Shown piece after piece: positions 53,063 to 64,000 of a DNA stretch of 64,000 bases. Source of the DNA: Octopus sinensis (taxonomy: Eukaryota); assembly GCF_006345805.1 (NCBI RefSeq), contig NC_043015.1, positions 24,304,001-24,368,000 of the forward strand. The letters run 5' to 3'. The stretch's first letter is position 1, and every line of letters begins with the position of its first letter. A model generated the notes under the pieces. That model was not told where the DNA came from. It ran no database searches and saw only the letters and a list, made by a program, of their open reading frames with translations. The position numbers were made by a program, and so were the translations under genes.

Positions 53063-53523
53063 GTATATTTATATATATATATTATGTAATATATATGTAT
53101 ATGTAATATATATTTAATATATATGTATATATATATATGTATATGTGGTATATATATATATATATGTATGTGTATATATATATATGCATATATATATATA
53201 TATATGTATATATATGTTATAATATATATGGATATATATGTATATGTATATATTATATGTATTTATAATATATGTATATAATATATTATAGTGTATATAT
53301 ATATGTTATATAATTGTTATATATATATGTATATAATATATGTATATATTGTGTATATATATATATGTATATATATATGTATATATGTGTATATATATAT
53401 ATGTATATATATGTATATGTATATATATATATATTATAATTATATATGTATATATATGTATATGTTTATATATATATTTGTATATATATATATATGTTAT
53501 GTATATGTATATATATATATTTG

Positions 53524-53554
<31 letters not shown>

Positions 53555-53700
53555 ATTATATATGTATGTATACATATACGTATATATATAGTATATATAT
53601 ATATGTATATACATGTATATATATATGTATATATATAGTACTATATATATATTCCATATTTAAATATATATACAGTGTATACGTATGTATGTAATGCATA
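51600..53700. repeat. ~2.1-kb TA/TATG low-complexity tract (contains the L-B 5' duplicate)
   Basis: Direct reading. Confidence 0.95.
52525..52750 (-). mobile_element. Duplicate of the L-B 5' end (5' UTR + ORF1 start)
   Basis: Aligns to 51389-51610 at an offset of about 1136 bp, separated from it by TA-rich low-complexity DNA. Confidence 0.85.
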
Positions 53701-54239
53701 CACACGCACAGATACACCGACGCATATATGTGGAAGGTTGAGAAGTAACACACGAGTTGATATGCATAAGGAAAATAAGACAAGGTAGAAAACGCTGAGC
53801 TACTTTTATCAAGAAGAACATTTTAGTACCGGTTTCAGACTTTTCAACTTAGAATAAAGAAAGAAAAAAAATTAAATCGCCGAAAACCTAAATGAAATTT
53901 TTCTTTTAATATTTCCATAGTCTTGAAATAGGATATTTTCCTCTTTCCTCCGTCCCCTTCACTCCCTTTTGTTTTTGTGAAGATTTGTTAAGTAGTAGCA
54001 GATCTTCTGGATTTTGACTATTTAAGCAGATAAAGAAGAAAGAGAGAAGAAGAAGAAAAGAAGAAGAAGAAGAAGAAGAAGAAGAAGAAGAAGAAGAGAA
54101 GAAGGAGGAGGAGGAGTAGGAGGGGAAGGAGAAGGAACAGAAGACATCGAAGAAGAAAAAGACGAGAATGATATGACAGTAGAAGACTTTTCGTGGGTTC
54201 TTCCTCAATGACCTAAAAGTGACCTGCTGAGATGGTAGC

Positions 54240-55320
54240 AGTAGTGACTGGAATTATTCAGGATTAATTCATAGGTAGTGTCTGTTCTGAATATATCGTT
54301 TTAAATATTTGAGTAGGTATTATTCTAAGATCCTTGTAGTAGAGGCATCTGTGGTGGAATATTTCAAAAGGAGTTTATATTTTGCGAAAATATGATTCTT
54401 TACTAATGCACTGATTATAGGTTGCATTCTCCCTGAATTTATTTAAAGGAAAATTTCTGAAGGCGGGTTGTTCATTAATGGCGCAAACGTCGATGTGTTC
54501 GCTTAATGCTACTTTTCTGTAATCTCGAATTTTAATCTGAGATCTATGTAGAGTCATCCTCTGGCGTATACTATTTTTGGTTTGGCCTATATATTGCTCT
54601 CGACACCCCGAGCAAGTTAGCACATATATTAACTTTTCCGAAGCACATGTTTTTCTCTGTAAAACCTTGACCCTGTTTCAAGGAGAACTTCGATCGCTCA
54701 ATTAGATTGACACATATACTACTGTTAGGTCTTCCGCATATTTTTACTGTCGGTTTCAATGTTGTTGACGAGTGTACTTGGGCTTGTGTTAAAAGATTTT
54801 TCATTGACTTGGGTTGTCTTTTGCTCTTTATGATGGTGTGCGTTTAAAGGATTTAATTTATTCTGTAGTCCCTTTCTAGTAGGGGAATATTCTGGAGAAT
54901 GGTGTCGAGGGTTTCATTGTTAAGGGTGTTGTGTGTGGATATGTATGTTAGGGCTTTTGGTTATAAATCCTTCTTTGGTTTGTAATGTCTGAGTTCGTGG
55001 CTATTGAATTAAAGTGCACGTTGAAAAGCTGTATCAATTAGTGATGGTAGGTAGTTCCTACGGATTAGTATAACCTTTAGTTCATGCAGTCGTGTGTTCC
55101 TAGTAGCTTGTATCCGATACTATAGTACAAATCATTTTTGCCAATGTGAAGGGCATATTAAGTGTAGTATCTGGGGTGGCATGAGTTGAGCGGTAGATAT
55201 TGCTTGGAGTCCGTGGGCATACAGTGTATGTCTGTTTCTATTTTGTTGCTGGATTTCTTCATGAGGATGTCGAGGAATGGAAGTTGTTCATCGTAAATTA
55301 AAGCTTTATGCCAAATCAAT
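54240..55320 (-). mobile_element. Penelope-like element remnant: RT C-terminus + GIY-YIG endonuclease
   Basis: LPFLDILM...ETDIHCMPTDSKQYL..SCHP, KSKRQPKSMKNLL, and CSGCREQYIGQTKNSIRQRMTLHRSQI...SEH (ORF 54375-54623). It is cut at the 5' side by a SINE. Confidence 0.88.
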
Positions 55321-55349
55321 TTAGAAGGGTTTGAATTTCTTGTGCTGTG

Positions 55350-55555
55350 AAAAACGTTAGCACGCCAGGCGAAATTCTTAGCGGTATTTCGTCTGTCTTT
55401 ACGTTCTGAGTTGAAATTCCGCCGAGGTCGGCTTTGCTTTTCATCCTTTCGGGGTCAATTAAAATCAGTACCAACTGCGTACTGGGTCGATCTAATCCAC
55501 TGCTCCCTCGCCTCCCCCCCCAAAAAAAATTTCGGGTCTTCTGCCTAGAACAGAA
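55350..55555 (+). mobile_element. SINE family A (single unit)
   Basis: Head, B-box and central domain; adjoins the Penelope remnant. Confidence 0.8.
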
Positions 55556-55677
55556 TACAATATTCCAAGTGGTTCCTAGAGCATTTGGGGTCTACTTCTA
55601 GCAGACTATCGTTATAAGTATTCAATACCCTTATTATAATTTTAATATATATATATATATATTATATATATATATAT

Positions 55678-56065
55678 GCGCAGGCATGGCTGCGTGGTAA
55701 GAGGCTTGCTTCCCAACCACATGGTTTCGGGTTCAGGCCCACCTTGGCTAAGTATCTTTTACTACGACCTTGCTTCGTGAGGGGATTTAGTAGTCGGAGA
55801 CTGAAAGAAGCTCGTCGTATTTATATATATGTGTGTGTGTGTGTGTGCACGCGCGCCTTTGTGTCTGTGTTTGTTCCCCCACTATCGCTTGACAACCATA
55901 GTTGGTGTATTTACGTCCTCGTTCTAGCGGTTCGTCAAAAGAAACCGCTAAAATAAGTACTAGGCTTACAAAGAATAAGGTCTGAGATTGATTTCTTCGA
56001 TTGAAACCCTTTGAGGTGGTGCTCTTGCATGGCTGCTGTCAAATGATTCCAACTCGAGAGTAGAG
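55678..56065 (+). mobile_element. SINE family B, diverged
   Basis: Collinear similarity to 24898-25308. Confidence 0.75.
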
Positions 56066-56328
56066 TTATTTTTTCTAGTGGTCTTTTAATGGCTACAGTC
56101 TTGCACGAACTGCTCAGTTACCAGCTACGTGTGGGATATTTTTACTACACACTACTCGTATGGATGACCGTTGGCTCGTAATATGCTCATCTGTCTCTGC
56201 AGAAGTCCTGTCTCTAATCCTCACTTGGCCAATGGGATTGGGAACGGACAAGAGTGGTTTAGCTGTCGACCACCCGACCAAGTAACGGGTTGAACAGTTA
56301 CACGGTTTAGTAGCAGGAGCTTACTGAC

Positions 56329-56391
<63 letters not shown>

Positions 56392-56442
56392 ATGTGTGTA
56401 TTCACAATTGCGAACATGCATGAATACAGTTACACACACACA

Positions 56443-56480
<38 letters not shown>

Positions 56481-57257
56481 ACACACACACACACAAACAC
56501 ACACAAACACACACGCGCGCACCTGTACATGATGTTGCCAAATTTATAATGAATATTGCCTTGCTCTCCTTCACTAAACACCATTATCGCTCTCCAGATT
56601 TGTTGTTCGCTCTGCTATTTGCGTATTTTATCCTCATTTTTCCTTTGTCCTCACTTATGATTTCTAAGTTCCTAAAAGATTTCCTCATAAACCCTGATAT
56701 AATTTTGAAGAACATAAAAAAATTGCAAAATATAAGGTAACCAAAACAAAAACCAGGCCCGAAAATAAAAACAAAAATACCGAACGTAAATACCACAAAT
56801 AAAACCTATAAAGATGTCTTGACATGTAAATGAGATTATTTATCTTTTAAAAGAACAGAAATATATTTGGTCTTTAAAGTGCACATAATTGCCATTCGTT
56901 CTTCCTTTTTCTTCTTTTAACCATTTATCTCTACAATGGAACTATATAACATTATCAATATATGGTTCATGATGTAGTATTCTTATTTTCGTTTAGATTT
57001 TGTGTTCTTCATATGAATTTCATGTTATTCCATGTTGTCTTCATTTAAGGGGCCATTTCAATTTTTCTTTTTTTCTCCGTTTTATTCCTCATTTAAATAT
57101 TGCGGAATATATTTCTATAGAATTTTGCAGTTGGCATCTAAGTAGATAAATTCTACGTTTCTAAGTACATTATGTTCGAGAGATATATAGCAACAACATG
57201 CTCTATTAATGTTCAAGGTAACAACAAGAAATACCTCATTGGTTATTACAAAAGATA

Positions 57258-57306
<49 letters not shown>

Positions 57307-58396
57307 TTATTATTCAATCTTTTAACAGTAGAACTTGCAAATTGACAAATATCTGAGAAATTTTAACAATCTGAGATCATGACTGTGTATATGTGTGTGT
57401 ATCTGTATATCTGTGAGTATATGTGTCTGCGAGCGCGTAGCGTGTATTCCTCACTCTGTGCTTGTGTGCATACATCTATATATGTTATACATATATGTGC
57501 GCATACGTACATGTTTTGCGTGTTTTTATGCATATGTGCGTGTGTGTGTTTGTATAAACTGACATACAAACAGCTGCATATAGATATATTTTTCCTCTTT
57601 TTCTGAGTAAATTTTTTTCGTCAGTGATATTTATAAAAACTTGATGCCTACAAATATTGGAAATTTCTTAAAATTTGGAAGGTTTCTAATTGAATTCCAT
57701 TCCATTCAAAGAATTGCTTTTCATAAACCAGTCATGTTCGAAGAGCAATTATTCTTCTTAGAATTATTCCTAATCAGCTAATCCTTCCCTTATAATGCCT
57801 TCAGATTAATCTATTTATATTATTATTATTATTATCATTATTATTATTGTCGTCATCATTATTATTATTATTAATGTAGTCATAATTTTTAATCTTGCTA
57901 TTTGTAAAATTCCACTGCTGTTTTTCCCGTAGATCTTCTGAACCTGAATGAATTACAACGTCTGTATTTTGGTATTCTTTTTAAACCATTATTTCGATAC
58001 TTTATTTGATAATTTTTATATGTATATATATTTGATTTATTAGTGATATTCAGAAAAAACAATAATAATGTATGAAAAATGAATTCTGCAATAGTATGAG
58101 ATGGCTTGAATTGGAAAAGGAAATTGCGATGGAATTTATTGAAATATAAGAAGACAGATTTCATGGATGAGTACACAAGGAAATATGAGCTTAGGAAAAC
58201 AATTAATATACATGCGTAAACATACATACATTCATAAAAACTTACACACATATATACATACATGCATACATACACGTATTTGTATATACATATCTGCATA
58301 AGTGGTATATGTATGTATATACATATAAATTCACAGACACATACATACATTCACACATATATATATTTATATACATATTCATACATATATATATAT

Positions 58397-58758
58397 GGAG
58401 TGGCTGTGTGGTAAGTAGCTTGCTAACCAACCACACGGTTGCGGGTTCAGTCCCACTGCGTGGCATCTTGGGCAAGTGTCTTCTGCTATAGCCCCGGGCC
58501 GACCAATGCCTTGTGAGTGGATTTGGTAGACGGAAACTGAAAGAAGCCTGTCGTATATATGTATATATATGTATATGTGTGTGTGTTTGTGTGTCTGTGT
58601 TTGTCCCCCTAGCATGCTTGACAACCGATCTGGTGTGTTTACGTCCTTCACTTAGCGGTTCGGCAAAAGAGACCGATAGAATAAGTACTAAAAGGTGGTG
58701 CTCGCATGGCCGCAGTCAAATGACTGAAACAAGTAAAAGAGTAAAAGAGTAAAAGAGT
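58397..58758 (+). mobile_element. SINE family B
   Basis: Head to (AAAAGAGT)n tail. Confidence 0.85.
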
Positions 58759-58855
58759 ATATTATATATATATATATATGTATATATAATATATATTATA
58801 TATGTTCCTAATCTGCTAATCCATCCCTTATAATGCCTTCAGATTAATCTATTTA

Positions 58856-58901
<46 letters not shown>

Positions 58902-58982
58902 ATTACATTTGTCCGTGGTTTTTACTAAAACAAGTACGAAGTGTGCTTCAGGAACAAAGTTTTGTCCTTTAGTTTTATATAT

Positions 58983-59204
58983 CTCTTTACTCTTTTACTC
59001 TTTTACTTGTTTCAGTCATTTGACTGCGGCTATGCTGGAGGACCGCCTTTAGTCGAGCAAATCGACGCCGGGACTTATTCTTTGTACTTATTCTATCGGT
59101 CTCTTTTGCTGAACCGCTAAGTGACGGGGACGTAAACACACCAGCATCAGTGTCAAGCAATGCTAGGGGGACAAACACAACACACAAACACACACCACAT
59201 ACAT

Positions 59205-59259
<55 letters not shown>

Positions 59260-59440
59260 TATATATTATATATATATATATATATACGACAGGCTTCTTT
59301 CAGTTTCCGTCTACCAAATCCACTCACAAGACATTGGTCGGCCCGGGGCTATAGCAGAAGACACTTGCCCAAGATGCCACGCAGTGGGACTGAACCCGGA
59401 ACCATGTGGCTGGTTAGCAAGCTACTTACCACACAGCCAC
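58983..59440 (-). mobile_element. SINE family B, inverted relative to 58397-58758
   Basis: Reverse complement of the family consensus. Confidence 0.85.
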
Positions 59441-59442
59441 AG

Positions 59443-59720
59443 GCGCGTGGCTCTGAAGGTCGCGAGTTCACTTCCTAGTGACACGTAGTTTCCTTGAGCA
59501 AGACACTTTAAAAACGTTGCTCCAGTCCACTCAGCTGGCAAAAATTAGTAGTACCTCTATTTCAAAGTGTCGGCCTTGTCACATTCTGTGTCAACCTGAA
59601 TCACCTTGAGAACTCAGTTAAGGGTACACGTGCTCGTGGAATGGTCGGCCACTTGCACATTAATTTCACGAGCAATCTTGATCATATCAGCTGGGCCCCT
59701 CGTCATCGTAATCGACGTAG
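59443..59720 (+). mobile_element. SINE family C
   Basis: CCTTGAGCAAGACACTTT...GTTGCTCCAGTCCACTCAGCTGGCAAAA...TAAGGGTACACGTG. Confidence 0.75.
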
Positions 59721-60580
59721 TACTATATATATAATTCTGATATTCTACACGTGTATGTATATGCGTGTATACTTGGCCTGGCATGTGTATATCAGTAACA
59801 CCTTCACACACATACATACACACACACACGCACACATATATATACACACATGCATGTATATATAGAAATATGTCTGTGTATGTGAGTGAATAAGTGTGCA
59901 AGTTTGTATGTATGCAGGTATGACGCAACAGAAGCACATAGCTTCTAAAAGGAAAATTAGTCTCAAAAACTCGTCTACTGATCATCCTACACTACTCGGA
60001 TAGAGAGGAGTCCCAGGATCTGACCCAACTGATTGCAACATAATGGAGTCGGTTAAAGGAGGCCCCAGTGTCAGGTTAAAAACTGAAGTCGACGATTGAT
60101 TCAGAATGTCACCAACGTAGATTCCGGCGGGGTTTGAACTCCAGGCGCATACCGAAATAACTAAAAAATTGGAAAATTTGTAGAAATTTTTTTGTTTTAC
60201 GTTTGGCCATTTATTCACGACTTGCTGTCGCTAGCCGTATAGGAAATACGTTGATTTTTTTTTCCACTTTACATTACAACAAGATTGTTTTGAGCACGGA
60301 AATGGAAGCTACACTGATATTTCACTTTATATCAGAGTGATATATAATGGAATATTCCACTCACATGGTGTAGGCCGATTCTAGATTATAAGAAATGATA
60401 TTTGCACGAGATGTTAAGCAATGGACCCAACTATTCGGTTATGTTGCAGATACATATAATCATGCATACATGGAGGCATGCATGCCACTATGCATACATA
60501 AGTGTATCTGTTTATATATGCCATTGCATGCATGTAGAAAAATGAATATATTTAGAGATAGGGGCATGTGTGTATGTGAG

Positions 60581-60612
<32 letters not shown>

Positions 60613-60635
60613 CATAGAGACAGATAGACAGGCAA

Positions 60636-60639
<4 letters not shown>

Positions 60640-60719
<80 letters not shown>

Positions 60720-60728
60720 CTAGCAAGC

Positions 60729-60808
<80 letters not shown>

Positions 60809-60990
60809 AATACAGATAGACGGGTATCAACATTGCTCAATAGACAGATAGAAATATAGATATTTAGATAAACAGATATGCAGACGGAGAGATAGATACA
60901 TAAATTGATTGATTGATTGATTGGTTAATTGATTGATCGATTGATTGATTGACTTGTTGATTGATCGAGTGACTTATTGATTGATTCAGG
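60640..60990. repeat. Compound (CATA)n-(TA)n-(TAGA)n-(TTGA)n microsatellite
   Basis: Direct reading. Confidence 0.93.
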
Positions 60991-61732
60991 GATTGTTTGT
61001 GTGTGCGTGCATGAATATATAGGGAGATATGTGTCAATAGGTCTCAACATGATATATGTGTGTGTTGAGGTGTGTTTATATTTGCGTTTGTGTGTGCGTG
61101 TATGTGTACTACAACATTAAATATATAATATGTTCAAATTGTAAGTGTATATAATTTTTAGTATGGATTAACGACATGTGACCATCAAAGGAAGCCAACA
61201 GTTGTAAATATCTGAAAGCTTATTATGATGATAAAATATATTTGCATTACGAAATAGTAAACAAAGACGCCCAACCCCAATACACTGGCAAACACACAAT
61301 AACGACAGAAGATATAGAAAACGGACGCTGAAGCATAAATAAATGTAGATAAAATTGTGACATGACAGAAATATATGCAAATCGTCACAGATCTGAATGT
61401 GTTGTTATGATAATTTTGTGTTTTATATTAATTTGAGAGTTGAGTGGCAAGTTTTTCACAAATGAACAACACAACAATTAACAACTTTTAGCTTTGTTTC
61501 AAGTAGGGAAAAATCTCATTTGATGTAACATACATGAACATTGATTGGCTGTCGTTGTTTCTGTTTAGCTCAGGGTCAATTGTGGTCGATCATATACATT
61601 TTCATTCACGGTTTTGCTTGTCTCGGTCACTGGATAGCGGACAGGCTCATACAACGCTTTGAAGGGTTCACGCGGATAAATGGACAGCGCCCACAGGTTA
61701 TTTTGTTTTTTAAGTAATTTCATTTTAAAAAT

Positions 61733-62003
61733 CTGGGATACAAATATACGAATCCCAATATGCCATCATGAATACCCGACTGATAAGAGCACGCCGGTGA
61801 CATACATCGCAAACATACTTGTGCAATATGGGGACCTCATATCAAGATAAACAATGGCTTACTTTGCAGGTGTAGCCCAGTCAGAATTTTCTTCATTGTC
61901 GAGTTTCCCATCCTGCTCAAAAGATCCTTGAATAAGGGTAGTTTAGGGAGATAAACGAAAGCCCCATGTGTTCAGGAGTAAATTATTCAAACCACAAAAA
62001 CTC
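61733..62003 (-). mobile_element. (AAT)n-element copy 4, nearly identical to copy 3
   Basis: Matches about 63662-63932 with few differences; abuts the mariner remnant. Confidence 0.75.
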
Positions 62004-62370
62004 AGTGGCAGACACTGAGCAGAAATTATCGTCATGCCAAGTTCATTGTGTAGGATATTCTGAACTCTCTCACGGTATATAACAATAGAATTGACTATTT
62101 AATTTAGAATCAGTCGTACATCAATTTACCATGTGCTGAACACGATCAATGTTTTCCTTGGTGTTGACAGTTTCAGGACATCCACACATTGGGTCATCTA
62201 CAAAACTCTCCCTTTCCCTCATAAATTCTGCTGCCCACTTTGCACTGTTGTTAAAGCTAGGACGTCAAAATTTAATGTAGCAACCATGACAGTATGAATA
62301 TCTTTGAGGGCGAAACCCTTTTCCTGCAGATTCTTGATGTCACTATGGAGCCAAGATTTGTCTATTTTCT
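62004..62370 (-). mobile_element. Mariner transposase N-terminal (HTH) remnant
   Basis: KWAAEFMRERESFVDDPMCGCPETVNTKENIDRVQHMV...ERVQNILHNELGM resembles the mariner KWAAEF..GRES.EDDPRSGRP...ENI motif; decayed. Confidence 0.75.
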
Positions 62371-62551
62371 ACAGTAGTCGCTACTTGTTACACTTGCTGT
62401 CTTCTTTCAACATTCAATTATATATTTAAAATTAATACTTATATACATATGTATATAATTATTAATTTAATGTATAAATTTCCTATAAACATTCATAGCA
62501 TTCTAACTACCGGATAAAATTCATTAACGAGATTTTATTCTTATATTCTCA

Positions 62552-62912
62552 GAGTGCCTGTGTGGTAAGCAGCTTGCTAACCAACCACATGGTCCTAGCT
62601 TCAGTCCCACTGCAGGGCACCTTGGGCAAGTGTCTTCGGGCCGCCCAAACCCTTGTGAGTGGGATTTGGTAGACGGAAACTGGAAGAAGCCCGTCGTATA
62701 TGTATATATATATATGCATGTTTGTGGGTCTGCGTTTGTCCCCCAACATCGCTTGACAACCGATGCTGGTGTCTTAGCGGTTCGGCAAAAGAGACCGATA
62801 GAATAAGTATTATGCTTACAAAAAATAAGCTCTGGGGTCGATTTTCTCGACTAAAGACGGTGCTTCAGCATATACGCAGTCACATGACTGAAAAATGTAA
62901 AAGAACAAAAGA
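62552..62912 (+). mobile_element. SINE family B
   Basis: Head, CORE-like segment and tail. Confidence 0.82.
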
Positions 62913-63191
62913 TCTCCAGACTGCTGTCCAAGGTGCCACATGGTGGGACTGAATCCTGAATCATGTGGATGGAACGCAAACGTCTCGCCAGCTTTTATGT
63001 GGAATTTCCATAAGTTCCCGTAATTCCTACTCCCTGTCACACCCTCCAGTTTGTGCTTATATCACTGGAAAGTAGTTTCGATACCACACACTTGCCTAAC
63101 ATCCCACTACACTCCTTTACCTAAAAACGCCGCCACCACCATTATTATTATTATTATTATTATTGTTATTATTATTATTATTATAATTATA

Positions 63192-63585
63192 AAGGTGGCG
63201 AGCTGGCAGAAACGTTAGCACACCGGGCGAAATGCTAAGCGGTATTTCGTCTGCTGCTACGTTCTGAGTTCAAATTCCGCCGAGGTCGACTTTGCCTTTC
63301 ATCTTTCGGGTTCGATTAAATAAGTACCAGTTACGCACTGGGGTCGATGAAATCGACTTAATCCGTTTGTCTTTCCTTGTTTGTCCCCTCTGTGTTTATC
63401 CCCTTGTGGGTAGTAAAGAAATAAGTATTTCACCTGTCACTACATTCTAGGTTCAAATTCCGCCGAGGTCGACTTTGACTTTCATCCTTTCGGCGTCGAT
63501 AAATTAAATACTAGTGAAACACTGGGGTCGATGTAATCGACTAGTCCCCTCCCATAAAATTTCAGACGTTGTGCCTATATCAGAA
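63192..63585 (+). mobile_element. SINE family A, duplicated form
   Basis: AAGGTGGCGAGCTGGCAGAAACGTTAGC head, B-box and central domain twice; within (ATT)n. Confidence 0.85.
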
Positions 63586-63623
63586 ATTATTATTATTATA
63601 TTATTATTATTATTATTATTATT

Positions 63624-63938
63624 GAGTGAGTAAGTGAAGAGTACATGCCATCAAAGTGACGCTGGGATACAAATATACGAATCCCAATATGCCATCATGA
63701 AAACCCGACTGATAAGAGCACGCCGGTGACATACATCGCAACCATACATATGCAATACGGGGACCTCATATCAAGATAAACAATGGCTTACTTTGCAGGT
63801 GTAGCCCAGTCAGAATTTTCTTCATGTCGAGTTTCCCATCCTACTCAAAAGATCCTTGAATAAGGGTAGTTTAGGGATGATAAGCGAAAGCCCCATGTGT
63901 TCAGGAGTAAATTATTCAAACCACAAAAACTCCCTCAC
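63624..63938 (-). mobile_element. (AAT)n-flanked element, copy 3 (diverged subfamily, 5'-truncated)
   Basis: Reverse complement of the 3' ~315 nt of copies 1 and 2; (ATT)n on both sides. Confidence 0.75.
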
Positions 63939-63964
63939 AATTATTGTTGTTATTATTACTGTTG

Positions 63965-64000
<36 letters not shown>

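Noticed and set aside
53820-53850. GAAACCGGTA on the minus strand near the Penelope remnant
   Set aside because: Only a possible hammerhead 3' half; no CUGANGA upstream.

Overview
AT-rich, microsatellite-dense animal genomic DNA that is almost entirely intronic/intergenic. The repeat families and (TA)n/(AAT)n density resemble an octopus/coleoid cephalopod genome; this is inference, not a database match. No host protein-coding gene is confidently identified, and nearly all ORFs in the supplied track are microsatellite or antisense artefacts. The window holds two full-length but frameshifted CR1-like LINEs in tandem (42451-47305 and 47731-51610, minus strand) plus a 3' fragment, two decayed Dong/R4 RT/endonuclease fragments, a Penelope RT/GIY-YIG remnant, and Helitron PIF1, Chapaev3-like and mariner remnants. 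It also holds a long-TIR MITE, three tRNA-derived SINE families and an (AAT)n-flanked non-coding element. Most notable: (1) a family of ~480-490 nt non-coding, (TA)n-embedded, retrozyme-like elements carrying type I hammerhead ribozymes (one complete at 40991-41052), with partial-tandem plus 5'-inverted architecture and a shared 3' end; (2) both LINEs encode an ORF1 combining a Myb/SANT-like N-terminus with CCCH zinc fingers; (3) a covarying 3' stem-loop links a SINE family to one LINE family; (4) a deletion-only inverted copy of one LINE inside the other, probably an assembly artefact.
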